From Cyanobacteria bacterium P01_A01_bin.123 (GTDB taxonomy: Bacteria > Cyanobacteriota > Cyanobacteriia > Phormidesmidales > Phormidesmidaceae): a stretch of DNA of 64,000 nt. The translations under genes were made by a program, and so were the position numbers. Below are positions 39,303 to 49,239 of this stretch, piece after piece; positions within the stretch are counted from its first letter, which is position 1, and each line of letters begins with the position of its first letter. The notes under the pieces are model-generated. The model was not told where the DNA came from. It did no database searches and saw nothing but the letters and a program-made list of their open reading frames with translations. The DNA lies in the NCBI GenBank assembly GCA_039815185.1, contig JBCBZT010000038.1:1-64000 (forward strand), written 5' to 3'.

Positions 39303-40807
39303 GCGATCTGCGCTTGGCCAAGATTACCAAGCGATTTGGCAACTTCACGGCGAATGACCAGATCAGCCTGAGCGTCCGCGCGGGTACCATCCACGGGCTG
39401 CTGGGGGAAAACGGCGCGGGTAAATCGACGCTGATGAATATCCTCTCGGGGCTATACCAGCCTGATGGGGGTCAGATTTTTCTGGATGAGCGCCCGGTGC
39501 AAATCCACACCCCGGCGGATGCCATTCGCTATGGCATTGGCATGATTCATCAGCACTTTATGCTCGTGCCCCAGCTCACGGTGACCGAAAATATCATCTT
39601 GGGCAGTGCTGGCGGGTTGCGACTCGATTTGCGATCGCGTTCTGAAACCATTGCGCAACTGGGCAAAACCTACGGCTTAGAAGTGCCCCCCATGGCTCGG
39701 GTGGAAGATCTACCCGTGGGCATCCAGCAGCGAGTTGAAATTCTCAAAGTCCTCTATCGGCAGGCCCAAATCCTGATCTTGGATGAACCCACGGCAGTGC
39801 TCACGCCTGCTGAAATTACAGGTTTCCTAGACGTGTTGCGGCAGCTTGCCAGTCGTCACCATACGATTATTTTTATCAGCCACAAGCTAGATGAAGTGAT
39901 GGCGGTTTGCGATCAGGTCACCATCCTGCGGCGTGGGCGGGTTGTGGCGTCTCTATCCACGGCAGAGACCAGTCGTGCGGAACTGGCTCGATTAATGGTC
40001 GATCGAGATGTTGAAATTAACACCCGTCCGACCCCACAACCAGTGGGGGATGTAGTGCTCGACATCCAAAATTTGTGGGTCAATACCGAACGGCAAGTGG
40101 CGGCGTTACAGGGGCTATCGCTGCAGGTACGAGCTGGCGAGATCTTTGGCATTGCCGGGGTGGATGGGAACGGTCAGCGAGAACTTGCCGATGCGATCGC
40201 CGGACTGTTATCCCCACAACAAGGGTCAATTCAGGTGCTCACGACCACAATCTTAGAAACGAAAAACACCGCCCCAGGCCAAATCGCCTACATCCCCGAA
40301 GATCGGCAAAAACAGGGATTGGTGCTGAGCTTTTCCATCGCCCGCAATCTGATTCTCAAGGCATTTGCCCGACTGCCGTTTTGTCGGCGCTGGCTCCTCC
40401 AGTCTGGGATGATCAGCGCCAATGCAGAGGCAGCCATTAAAGACTTTGACATCCGGGCCACCAGTAGCCAGCTCAAAGTTAGCCAGCTTTCTGGCGGCAA
40501 TCAGCAAAAGGTAATTTTGGCCCGAGAACTGGCGGGTGAACCGGATTTAATTATCGCCATGCAGCCCACCCGAGGGCTGGATATTGGGGCTACCGCAGCG
40601 GTACAGCAAAGTTTGCTCACCCAGCGATCGCGGGGAGCCGCCATCTTATATATCTCCACAGAGCTAGAAGAAGTAATGGCCATGAGCGATCGCCTCGCTG
40701 TGATTTACCGGGGGCAACTGGTCGATGTCCTTGATGCCAGCACCGCCACCGTTGAACAAGTGGGCCTACTGATGGCAGGCGGTCAGGTAACCTTAGAGGC
40801 TGTATGA
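39299..40807 (+). CDS. Nucleoside/sugar ABC ATP-binding protein (two NBDs)
   Basis: GENGAGKST, HQHF and LSGGNQQK motifs. Confidence 0.95.
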   Translation: MSDLRLAKITKRFGNFTANDQISLSVRAGTIHGLLGENGAGKSTLMNILSGLYQPDGGQIFLDERPVQIHTPADAIRYGIGMIHQHFMLVPQLTVTENIILGSAGGLRLDLRSRSETIAQLGKTYGLEVPPMARVEDLPVGIQQRVEILKVLYRQAQILILDEPTAVLTPAEITGFLDVLRQLASRHHTIIFISHKLDEVMAVCDQVTILRRGRVVASLSTAETSRAELARLMVDRDVEINTRPTPQPVGDVVLDIQNLWVNTERQVAALQGLSLQVRAGEIFGIAGVDGNGQRELADAIAGLLSPQQGSIQVLTTTILETKNTAPGQIAYIPEDRQKQGLVLSFSIARNLILKAFARLPFCRRWLLQSGMISANAEAAIKDFDIRATSSQLKVSQLSGGNQQKVILARELAGEPDLIIAMQPTRGLDIGATAAVQQSLLTQRSRGAAILYISTELEEVMAMSDRLAVIYRGQLVDVLDASTATVEQVGLLMAGGQVTLEAV

Positions 40808-40829
40808 GAAGTAGCTAATGTGCTGCATT

Positions 40830-40950
40830 CGCCCCCTTTTCATATGTGCCCGGAGGGCTTTAAGCCCCCTTCCTGGTATGCCCGGAGGGCTATATTCTGG
40901 GGACTTTGAACTTCAGAACCCCCCAGAATTGGGGGGCAGGGGGGCGGCTC
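40830..40950. repeat. Nested small cyanobacterial repeats
   Basis: TGCCCGGAGGGCT at 40847-40859 and 40879-40891, within a GCCCCCT..ATTCTGGGG..CCCCCAGAATTGGGGGGCAGGGGGGC element. Confidence 0.6.
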
Positions 40951-40993
40951 AAATAACCCTCAATACCTTTAAAGCAATCTCTGAGGAGCCCCT

Positions 40994-42052
40994 GTGAGTC
41001 TATCCGGTCTTAATCGTCACAGTTCGCTTCAAGCTGGGTTACGCGCTGCCCTGCCGCCGATGATTGCTGTGTTAGCCGCCCTGCTGGTGGGGGCTTTGCT
41101 AATGTTGCTGGCCGGGGCCAACCCGATTGCCGCCTATGGAGCCCTGTTGCGCCAAGCGCTGACCACCTACTTTGGGTTTGCCGATACCCTCACCAAAACC
41201 ACACCCCTGCTACTCGTTAGCCTGGGCGTTTTAGTGGCCCTGCGGGCTGGGCAATTCAACCTGGGGGGGGAAGGTCAAATTTATATGGGGGGCTTGGGCA
41301 GTTTGCTGGTGGGGCTAGCGTTGCCCAATTTGCCGCTGGTGTTGCACCTACCCCTGGCCCTGCTGGGCGGCTTTGGTCTGGGAGCCGCTTGGGGAGCCGT
41401 AGCGGGCTACTTAAAAGTGGCCCGTGGCCTGAATGAAGTGTTGACCACCCTACTGTTGAACTACATTGCCCAAAACCTAATTAGCTATCTGGTCAACGGC
41501 CCCTTGAAAGCCGCCAATGCTCCCAGCCCCTTCTCAGAACTAGTCGCCGAATCTGCGCGCCTCCCTGCCATTTTGCCCAATACCCAAGCCCACGCCGGTA
41601 TTTTTCTAGGACTCGCCCTCGCGATTTTGCTCACCCTTGCCTTTGCCGCCACCGCCTGGGGATATCGGGTGGATGCTGTGGGTCAAAACCCCACCGCCGC
41701 CCGCTATGCCGGGATTTCCGTTAACCGCACCATCCTCAGTGTGATGGCCATATCGGGTGGCCTGGCCGGATTGGCCGGCAGCAGCGAAGTTTTAGGGCTA
41801 AAGCACCGCCTGTTTGAAGATTTTTCACCGGGGTATGGGTTTGATGCAGTCGCGATCGCGCTGCTCAGTCGTGGCAACCCAGCCGTTGTCATCCTCACCG
41901 CCTTCTTCTTCGGCGTCTTGCGCAGCGGCGCTAACGTCATGCAGCGCAGCGCCTCAGTCCCCGTGTCGATCATCTACGCCATTCAGGGGCTGACCGTGTT
42001 GTTTGTGGCGATCAGTCTAGCGTTGGAATATCGGCAGAAGGAACGCGATTAA
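40994..42052 (+). CDS. Nucleoside ABC permease 1
   Basis: FNLGGEGQ, NEVLTTLLLNY and GYGFDAVAIALL motifs. Confidence 0.92.
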   Translation: MSLSGLNRHSSLQAGLRAALPPMIAVLAALLVGALLMLLAGANPIAAYGALLRQALTTYFGFADTLTKTTPLLLVSLGVLVALRAGQFNLGGEGQIYMGGLGSLLVGLALPNLPLVLHLPLALLGGFGLGAAWGAVAGYLKVARGLNEVLTTLLLNYIAQNLISYLVNGPLKAANAPSPFSELVAESARLPAILPNTQAHAGIFLGLALAILLTLAFAATAWGYRVDAVGQNPTAARYAGISVNRTILSVMAISGGLAGLAGSSEVLGLKHRLFEDFSPGYGFDAVAIALLSRGNPAVVILTAFFFGVLRSGANVMQRSASVPVSIIYAIQGLTVLFVAISLALEYRQKERD

Positions 42053-42099
42053 TCGCGTTCCTTCTGCCTCAGTTGATTCTTCCCCTAACCCCACTCCCC

Positions 42100-43026
42100 A
42101 TGCCTCCCATCGACTTCCTCACCGACTTCCTCGCCGCTTGCCTCCGCCTCACGGTTCCCCTTGCCTTCGCCGCCCTCGGCGGTCTGATCTCAGAACGTTC
42201 TGGGGTGTTGAACATTGGCCTAGAGGGCATGATCTTGACTGGGGCGTTTGCCAGTGCAGCCGTTGCTTTGGGAACTGGGCAGGTTTGGTTGGCAGTGGGA
42301 ATTGCCTTTGGAGCGGGTGCGCTGGTGGGGTGGGTGCATGCCTATCTTTGTGTCAGTTTGGGCGTTAACCAGTTGGTGTCGGGGTTGGCGATTAATCTAG
42401 CGGCAGCGGGGCTGACGACCTATGGGGCGAGGCTACTGTTTGAAACTGGCACTGTGGAACTACCTGGTATCGGGGCCCTGGGTGTTCCCGGCTTAAAGGC
42501 TTTGCCCGTGCTAGGGGTGATTTTCAATCAAGATCCGCTGTTTTATTTGTTGGTGGTGTTGATTCCGCTGAGTACCTACGGGTTGTTTCACACCCGTTGG
42601 GGGCTGTCGCTGCGGGCAGTGGGGAATGTACCCCAAGCGGCAGATACGGCGGGGGTATCGGTAAGTCGGGTGCGTTATCTTAGCGTGATGTTGTGTGGTG
42701 GGTTGTGTGGTTTGGCGGGGGCGTATTTGGCACTAGTTCATGTGCGCTTCTTTACAGAAGGCATGAGTGCGGGCAAAGGGTTTATTGCCCTGGCGGCCTT
42801 GATTTTTGGGCGATGGCATCCGGTGGCGACGTTGTTTGCCTGCTTGCTGTTTGGGGCGACGGAGGCGCTGCAGTTGCGGATTCAAGCCTTCGGCTTGGAG
42901 ATTCCCTATCAGTTTTTAGCCATGCTGCCTTACGTGACGGCACTGCTGGCGTTGGCGGGTATTGCGGGCAAAGCAGTACCCCCTGCAGCGTTGGGGGTTC
43001 CGTATTCGAAAGAAAAACGATCTTAA
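42100..43026 (+). CDS. Nucleoside ABC permease 2
   Basis: SERSGVLNIGLEG, GKGFIALAA.IFGRW and LPY motifs. Confidence 0.92.
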   Translation: MPPIDFLTDFLAACLRLTVPLAFAALGGLISERSGVLNIGLEGMILTGAFASAAVALGTGQVWLAVGIAFGAGALVGWVHAYLCVSLGVNQLVSGLAINLAAAGLTTYGARLLFETGTVELPGIGALGVPGLKALPVLGVIFNQDPLFYLLVVLIPLSTYGLFHTRWGLSLRAVGNVPQAADTAGVSVSRVRYLSVMLCGGLCGLAGAYLALVHVRFFTEGMSAGKGFIALAALIFGRWHPVATLFACLLFGATEALQLRIQAFGLEIPYQFLAMLPYVTALLALAGIAGKAVPPAALGVPYSKEKRS

Positions 43027-43071
43027 TCGTTAAAATAGAATCAAATTTTTCAAATCATCTTTAAGCCAGTT

Positions 43072-43308
43072 ATGACGACTTTGCCGCTGACCGAACCCAT
43101 CACCTTGGCCATTCCGCCAATGTCTCGGGCTGCTGTGGATGAACTTTATCACTTTTTGCAATATTTGCAGTTCAAACATCAATCTGATTTAGAGGACGCG
43201 ATTGAGGCACTGGAAGATGAGATAGACAGTTTCGATGCAGACGTTTCCTTACAAGAGTCGGGAGAAATCTCGTTGGTAGATCTTAAGCAAGAGATTGGTT
43301 TAGGATGA
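43072..43308 (+). CDS. Putative antitoxin
   Basis: Acidic 78-aa ORF overlapping the relE start (ATGA). Confidence 0.7.
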   Translation: MTTLPLTEPITLAIPPMSRAAVDELYHFLQYLQFKHQSDLEDAIEALEDEIDSFDADVSLQESGEISLVDLKQEIGLG

Positions 43309-43565
43309 CCTATCAAGTTGTCTTTAAGCCCGCAGCGCAACGACAACTGAAAAAGCTTACACCAGTTGTTCAGAAAAGATTAATCGAGTTAATCGAAAGT
43401 TTGACAGACGAACCTAGGCCACCGAATTGCAAAAAACTTAAAGGGCGGCTAGACCAATATCGTTTGCGCTCTGGCGATTACCGCATCATTTACAGCATTA
43501 ATGATACAACTCTGATTGTGAAGGTGATTAAGCTTGGGCATCGTCGAGATATCTATGAAGAATAG
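43305..43565 (+). CDS. RelE/ParE family toxin
   Basis: KKLKG...YRLRSGDYRIIYSI and GHRRDIY motifs. Confidence 0.92.
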   Translation: MTYQVVFKPAAQRQLKKLTPVVQKRLIELIESLTDEPRPPNCKKLKGRLDQYRLRSGDYRIIYSINDTTLIVKVIKLGHRRDIYEE

Positions 43566-43665
43566 GTTTACAGTTTCACGTGTGGCTAGAGTAGGCGCTT
43601 GTGCACTCTAGCGCCATCGACGAATGGCTCTAAACAACGGGTTGACTTGCTGCCTGTTCTTGAAA

Positions 43666-44058
43666 CTAGTAGCCATCACTTTGGATTATTCCATCATCGA
43701 GTTCGTAATAATCTCCCTTCTCCCCGACAAAAGTGTGCTTCGCTAGCTTACGCCCGGTGGATTGATCAAATAAACCCATGGCAATGCTAATCCATTCGTA
43801 GCCCTCGATATCGGGTCTCCAAAACAGCGTAGAACCGCAGACGGCACAAAAACCACGCTCCACTTTGTCGGATGAACGGTACCAGCGAACGCTATCTTTG
43901 CCCTCGACAGATAGGGCTGTTTTGCGTATGTTAACTGCGGTTAAGAAGCTACCCGTCTGTTTCCTGCACTGTACACAGTGACAAGCTTCAGGATCGTGCT
44001 CTAGTTGGCCCTTAACTGAGATTTGGACTGTTCCGCAGAGGCAGCTTCCGGACAGCAT
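43666..44058 (-). CDS. GFA (glutathione-dependent formaldehyde-activating) family protein
   Basis: GSCLCG, CHCVQCRK and RGFCAVCGS motifs. Confidence 0.92.
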   Translation of the reverse strand: MLSGSCLCGTVQISVKGQLEHDPEACHCVQCRKQTGSFLTAVNIRKTALSVEGKDSVRWYRSSDKVERGFCAVCGSTLFWRPDIEGYEWISIAMGLFDQSTGRKLAKHTFVGEKGDYYELDDGIIQSDGY

Positions 44059-44090
44059 CGTTGATTACCCTATGTATATCTTGGCTTGAC

Positions 44091-44178
44091 ATTTAAGGTT
44101 TCGCTTCACCAACCGCTAGTCATCTTTCTCTCTTAGCTAAAAACTCAATAAGGTCGGCGGGTAGGTAGTGTATTACAC
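44091..44178 (-). other. Degenerate attC-like site
   Basis: Minus strand: stop in GTGTAAT ... GCGGTTGGTGAAGCGAAAC-CTTAAAT (R' with G>C). Confidence 0.35.
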
Positions 44179-44769
44179 TACATCCTTCACATGTTTCAGC
44201 TCTTGATCGCTGAGCACTGTTGGGCCGACTATGGGAGCACCAGATTCCACAAGAAAGAATGGCGTTTGTTTGTAGCTGCCATCGATGCGAGCTTTCAGCA
44301 TCATGCCAATGATACGTAAATTGCCAGATAGAACGCCTGCCGATTTTGGCTTATCTTCCCCAATCGCAGATTCGACATTGACATGCACACGGGCGGAACC
44401 AAATGCACTGTCTAACGAATTTTGATCTGAACTCAAGCAATTATGAATTAAACCCACAAAGGATATGTTGAGGTTTGGCGGCGTATTGCCGATCGGGGTA
44501 TTACAACAGGCTGCATACCATCGCAGCAAACCATTCTCAGTCAGACGCATACAGCTTAGGTTTTCAATACCTGCGGTAAATGTGATATTTGAGGGAGTAG
44601 TCTGAATGATGTCAGTTCCCCCGCTTTCATCGAGTATTTCGTTTTCTTTTTTTAGAAAACGGGCGAAGGCTTGGCAATCAGGACAGTAGCACACACATCT
44701 ATTCACATGGGCGTTGCTGTTGATTGTGCCCTTGAGTTGGCCGCAATCGCACTGAATTGAGTGGGGCAT
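44173..44769 (-). CDS. DUF6151/GFA-like protein
   Basis: CDCG, CVCYCPDCQAFA and LLRWYAACCNTPIGN motifs. Confidence 0.85.
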   Translation of the reverse strand: MPHSIQCDCGQLKGTINSNAHVNRCVCYCPDCQAFARFLKKENEILDESGGTDIIQTTPSNITFTAGIENLSCMRLTENGLLRWYAACCNTPIGNTPPNLNISFVGLIHNCLSSDQNSLDSAFGSARVHVNVESAIGEDKPKSAGVLSGNLRIIGMMLKARIDGSYKQTPFFLVESGAPIVGPTVLSDQELKHVKDVV

Positions 44770-44859
44770 AGTGTTTGCTCCTCTTCCAGAAGAACTCATT
44801 GTCTGTGCAGTATATTAGCCATATTGTTAAAGTTTTCGGTTGACGTTCTGCCAGGTAAG

Positions 44860-44913
44860 TGTTGAAATTTAACAGCTCTCGTGTCGGCTGTCGGGTACAT
44901 GCCGTTGTTGGGC
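44860..44913 (-). other. Truncated attC (R''/L'' half)
   Basis: GCCCAAC-AACGG-CATGTACC-CGACAGCCGACACG just after the cassette ORF stop; R'' matches the cassette start TTGGGC. Confidence 0.6.
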
Positions 44914-44931
44914 CTGCCTGATAGAAACAAT

Positions 44932-45375
44932 CTAGCGACGCTCCATCCTGGCTAGCAGGATAATAGCCCGTGAGTTAGCAGGCGGCCTCTTCTCACAATG
45001 GCGAGAAGGGTTGGCTGCCCCGACCCCGCTGACCTCTAAGACTCGCTCCGGACGGGGCGCGTCGGCGGGGAGCCCCCAGCGGCCGCCTCCGCCTTCGCTG
45101 GTGAACCCGGCATCGCCCAACTTCCGCCGGTAGTAAGCCACGAGCTGAGCTGGTCTGGCGAGTGAGGCGAAGGCATCCCAAGTGATTTCCTCACCCGAAG
45201 AGCCTTGCACGCGTTCCCGGCATAGATGTGTCAGGTTAGGGTGGCTGGGGAACTGATAGAATTGAAAGATCGATTCATGTGAGTTGGAGTTATCGCCTGT
45301 TGCCTGTTGAGGGGCATGACCCGCCAGCCCTGCGACTGAAATAATAATGAATAGTAGTATCAAGAATCTCATCAC
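44932..45375 (-). CDS. Hypothetical secreted protein (GC-rich integron cassette ORF)
   Basis: Starts just after attC R' with an AGGAG RBS; signal peptide. Confidence 0.7.
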   Translation of the reverse strand: MMRFLILLFIIISVAGLAGHAPQQATGDNSNSHESIFQFYQFPSHPNLTHLCRERVQGSSGEEITWDAFASLARPAQLVAYYRRKLGDAGFTSEGGGGRWGLPADAPRPERVLEVSGVGAANPSRHCEKRPPANSRAIILLARMERR

Positions 45376-45400
45376 GCCTCATCTCCTTTCATGCGTAGTC

Positions 45401-45487
45401 GCCCAACGGTCGCGCTCACCGGACGCAGATAGCCTTCTAAACCGACCAACCAACTTGATACGTTCCAGTGCAGCGCGATTGTTAGGC
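45401..45487 (-). other. Integron attC site (87 bp)
   Basis: R'' GCCTAAC (contains the pepE-like stop), 5 nt, L'' CGCTGCAC ... L' GTGAGCG, 5 nt, R' GTTGGGC; extra-helical G in L''. Confidence 0.9.
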
Positions 45488-46237
45488 ATCACTTGCAACC
45501 GCGACTTCTGAACTACCAAGAAAACGAGTTGCAAGTTTGGTTTCCTCAACTCGACCATTAACTAACTCAACCCGGTAAGCAGATGCTCCTTCTCGTGAAG
45601 CGACTACCTCCACTAATTCCTTACCGCGAAAATGAAGTGCTGCTCCATCATCTGCTGCATAGCCTCCAATCAAGCCATTTGAAATAGCCTTGTGAAACGC
45701 AGTAGGGCGCTCAGGTTCACCGTCATAGTGAGGACAAGCACTTGCCTCAATAAAACCGAGACCATCACCAAGAGAAGCAAGCTTACCAAAAGAATCCGTT
45801 AACCCATCCCGGAACCAGCAAATCATCCCAGCACTGATACCACACAGAATTTTGCCTCCGCACCATGCTTCATAAAGCACGTTATCTAATCCATGTACCC
45901 GCCACATTGCAAGCAAGTTAGCTGTATTTCCCCCACCAACATATAAGATGTCCTGGTCAGCTACGAAGCTGGCGATCTCCGATGTGTGTGAGGGTTGTCT
46001 TGGCACTGCCGAAGGATCAAAAATTGTTAAGTCAGTGGCGATCGCCCGGCCACTAAAAGCGCGATAGAACTTCACGAGGTATGATACAGAGTCCGCACTT
46101 GCCGTCGGAATAAAGCAAACTTTCGCTGGAGTCCGTGACGCCAAAGACAGAACAAAGTCGTCCAGCAGAAGATTGTCGGGTTCCATTGAGAACCCTCCTC
46201 CGCCCATCGCAACAATTTGACCCTTTACCTCTGACAT
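45482..46237 (-). CDS. Peptidase E (S51) family, integron cassette
   Basis: FIPTAS, YVGGGNT, GISAG and CPHY motifs. Confidence 0.9.
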   Translation of the reverse strand: MSEVKGQIVAMGGGGFSMEPDNLLLDDFVLSLASRTPAKVCFIPTASADSVSYLVKFYRAFSGRAIATDLTIFDPSAVPRQPSHTSEIASFVADQDILYVGGGNTANLLAMWRVHGLDNVLYEAWCGGKILCGISAGMICWFRDGLTDSFGKLASLGDGLGFIEASACPHYDGEPERPTAFHKAISNGLIGGYAADDGAALHFRGKELVEVVASREGASAYRVELVNGRVEETKLATRFLGSSEVAVASDA

Positions 46238-46265
46238 TTATGAGCTCGATTTCCTAATTTGTGAC

Positions 46266-46420
46266 GCCTAAATACTCATTAGAGAGAACCATTCCACATA
46301 ACCTCCTATTGCAGAACAGCATCAGCTTATACACCCCAAACGGGTATATAGGTGGAAGTTCGTCAGCCTAATCACCCTATACCGACGATTAGGCAGAACA
46401 ATTCAGTATAACCAACCCTA
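46266..46420 (-). other. attI-like region (first cassette starts TTAGGC at 46271-46266)
   Basis: Cassette start is complementary to its R''. Upstream non-coding DNA has repeated (G)AGAAC and ATAAC motifs; no intI follows. Confidence 0.45.
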
Positions 46421-46682
46421 AGAGAAAAGCTTCCGCCGTGCGATCGCGTCTTTCCTGGCGTAATGAGCTAAAGAAAGTCAGATTGAAAGCCTCAGATCTT
46501 GCACCTCATCCATGACTTGAGTTCAGTCCGCCACTGCATCGTGTTAGGCGACCATTGCAATCAACAATAGCGCTCTGTAGTCGCAATATTATCTATCAGC
46601 CTTCAACACTTGTTCAGCCGTCAGCTTCAGACCGGGAAAAGTGGCAGAAACGATAGTCTGATTGCCTCGGAGTAGAAGACTG

Positions 46683-47168
46683 CTACAGCAGTTTTCTCAT
46701 GGTGAACGAATCACCCTGTTGCTCGATGATCTCAAACCCAAAGCGTTGATATAACCGCAGGGCCGGGTTATCTTGCGAAACGCTTAGGGAAACTGCATCG
46801 TACATGCTGTCAGCTCGTTCAAATAAATCTGTTAATAGCCTTGTGCCGATACCTTGCCCCCGAAATTCAGGGAGCACCGCAATGGATAACTCAGGAGTAT
46901 CGTCATCGATGTAGCCATATCCCGGATTGTCGCGAGTGAACAGCCGTAACCAGGCTGCCCCCATAGCAATGGCCTGGGGAGCAGAAACCGCAATGCAACC
47001 CACGTCTCCCTGCTGTCCCCAATGTTCGACGTATTTGGCTAGCTCTGGCTGAAAGACGATGTCTCTGGGTAACGGGGGTGTTCCTGGTGGCACATACAGC
47101 GCTTGGTACAGCATCTCCCACAGGAACGGTTCATCGGTGGGTTCAGCGAGACGAATGGTCGGGGTCAT
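46683..47168 (-). CDS. GNAT acetyltransferase
   Basis: AVLPEFRGQGIG and NPALRLYQRFGF motifs. Confidence 0.92.
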   Translation of the reverse strand: MTPTIRLAEPTDEPFLWEMLYQALYVPPGTPPLPRDIVFQPELAKYVEHWGQQGDVGCIAVSAPQAIAMGAAWLRLFTRDNPGYGYIDDDTPELSIAVLPEFRGQGIGTRLLTDLFERADSMYDAVSLSVSQDNPALRLYQRFGFEIIEQQGDSFTMRKLL

Positions 47169-47824
47169 CTAAAATCCAGTCCACCAGTTCTTGCACACCT
47201 GCCCCTCGGGATTGGGTGGTGACTTTGTCGGCGATCGCTTTGAGTTCTGGCAATGCATTATTGACCGCCACGGCTAAGCCACAGCTTTTGAGCAGGTCGA
47301 GATCGTTTTCAGCATCGCCAATACCCGCGACTTCACGGGCTTCTAGGCCCAGTTCTGCCAGGGCAACCTGTAGTCCCGTAGCTTTGCTGACCCCCCGTGG
47401 GCAACACCATTACTGATCGCTTGTTCAAAATCACCCGAGCATCTAGACCCATGGCTTCGAGGGTTTGCTGTACGGCTTCGCCATGGGGTTGCCAGGTGGA
47501 GACAATCACCTGACCTCGGTTCAAGGGACTAACCTGCTGTTCTTCAAGGGCTGAGAAAAACGCATCCGGTAGCGGTGTCCCCAACCGTTGAATTTGATCG
47601 ATTTCCGGTCGAAAAAAGACTGCACCATTTTCAACCACCACGCCATCAAACAGGGCTACAGCTGGAAAGGCCCGCTGTAAGTCGGTTAATTCCCGACCTG
47701 TGACCATCAGTAAACGCCCTCCAGCGTCGCGGTAGCGGTGGAGGGCGGCCAGAGTTATCTCATCGACGACACCATCGGTAGCCAAGGTGCCATCATAGTC
47801 GGTCGCGATCGCACGATATCGCAT
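47143..47824 (-). pseudogene. HAD-IIB hydrolase with +1 frameshift in a G6 run (47391-47396)
   Basis: DYDGTL and VTGR motifs. Removing one G gives PTGVSKATGL...GIGDAEND...AVNNALP to a stop at 47143. Confidence 0.85.
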
Positions 47825-47836
47825 CGCTCAGTTGAC

Positions 47837-48829
47837 TTATTCCGCAAACACAACGTTTAAATTATCCGCATTGGCTTGCATCACCGTCAAAAAGTCTCCC
47901 GATTCAGGCACGTTCCCGGCTGGGTCAAACACCACACTCTCAATGCCGAGTTCCTGCAAGCGGGCCACGCTTTCAGGGATGGGCTCCCCTTCCCAAATCA
48001 TCCACTCGGCGGGGTGATCGGCTAGCATCGCTTCCAGTTCGGCCCACTGGGCATCATCGGGGAAGGTTTCGGGTTCCCAAAGGACGCTTTCCAGATTCAG
48101 CCCATAGCGTTCGGCAAAGTAGTCGTACACCGGATGGGAGGCCAACAGGGGCTGATCGGACTGGGCTGAGGTTTCAACCAGGGCGGCAATTTGTTCGTCG
48201 ATCGCCGTTAGCTCTTGTTCCAGGGCTGCAAAGTTGGCTGCGAATTCTTCGGTTTGATCGGGGAACTCGGCACTCAGGCGATCGCGGATGGCAGCAGCCT
48301 GCTGAATTGCCAACGTGGGGTCAACCCAGGTGGTAAAGGCAGTCCCCTCATGGGCATGTTCGCCTTCGGGGCCATGTTGATGGGTGACGGCGGTTTCGAT
48401 GCTCAGCCAGCGATCGCTAAAGGGAGCAGCAGTATCCACGGTTTTGGCTTGGGGTAGGCTAGTCGTCTCCAGCCATTTTTCGTAGGTAGCCCCGTTGAGA
48501 ATAATCAAATCAGCCTCTTGGAGCTGGGCCAACTCATCCGCCGTGGGCTCCCAAAATGCCGGATCGATGTCCCCTGGCAGCGGTAATTCAACCCGGACGC
48601 GATCGCCGCCAATGCGCTCGACAAAATACTGTAGTGGGTAGTTGGTGACATAAACCAGGGCTTGGTTCTCCTCAGCCCCATCGACAGCGCTGATTTCTTC
48701 ATTGGGCTGGCTGCTATCCGCACTGTCTTGGACTTCAGCTGACGAACAGCTCGCTAGCAGTAGAGTTACTGTGGCCAATGTGGCCAGCGTCGCTTGAGAG
48801 AAGGGGCGTAAATTGAATTGGCAAATCAT
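47837..48829 (-). CDS. ZnuA-like metal ABC substrate-binding lipoprotein
   Basis: Lipobox; NYPLQYF, ILNGATYE, HQHGPEGEHAH, WVDP and HPVYDYFAERYGL motifs. Confidence 0.9.
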   Translation of the reverse strand: MICQFNLRPFSQATLATLATVTLLLASCSSAEVQDSADSSQPNEEISAVDGAEENQALVYVTNYPLQYFVERIGGDRVRVELPLPGDIDPAFWEPTADELAQLQEADLIILNGATYEKWLETTSLPQAKTVDTAAPFSDRWLSIETAVTHQHGPEGEHAHEGTAFTTWVDPTLAIQQAAAIRDRLSAEFPDQTEEFAANFAALEQELTAIDEQIAALVETSAQSDQPLLASHPVYDYFAERYGLNLESVLWEPETFPDDAQWAELEAMLADHPAEWMIWEGEPIPESVARLQELGIESVVFDPAGNVPESGDFLTVMQANADNLNVVFAE

Positions 48830-49239
48830 TTTTCAAGTCCTCCGTGAGGTGGGATTGACTTAGGGGTTAGGGTTACGACAAAGCAAAACACTAGCTAGCC
48901 TTGCTGCAACCCATGAAAGTCCAAAATTCTGACTCTCTCATAGAAGTACGGCAGTCATGAAAGATTGGATTTAAAGGATAATGCTTTAGATCTGGAAATT
49001 TGCATGAAACGCTGAAAAGTCTTCTCAAAAGCTTGCGGTTTTGGGACTTTCGGCTTATGTACAAGCCAAGCTTTATTCGATATGCTGACAACCCGAACTG
49101 ACAGCTCGTTGAGTAAAAAAATATTTCTTCTGGGTAGTTGAGCATACATCAGCTTGAAACATCGTTGAGATGAGGACAAGGCGTTGCAATGGCAATTATT
49201 TTTGAACTATCTGCTGAATGTTTTAAGCAGGCGATCGCG

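Noticed and set aside
46520..46550. Additional attC ending GTTAGGC
   Set aside because: No matching R''/L'' half or associated ORF was found.
48891..49179. Two short overlapping minus-strand ORFs
   Set aside because: No recognisable motif or RBS; cannot be supported.
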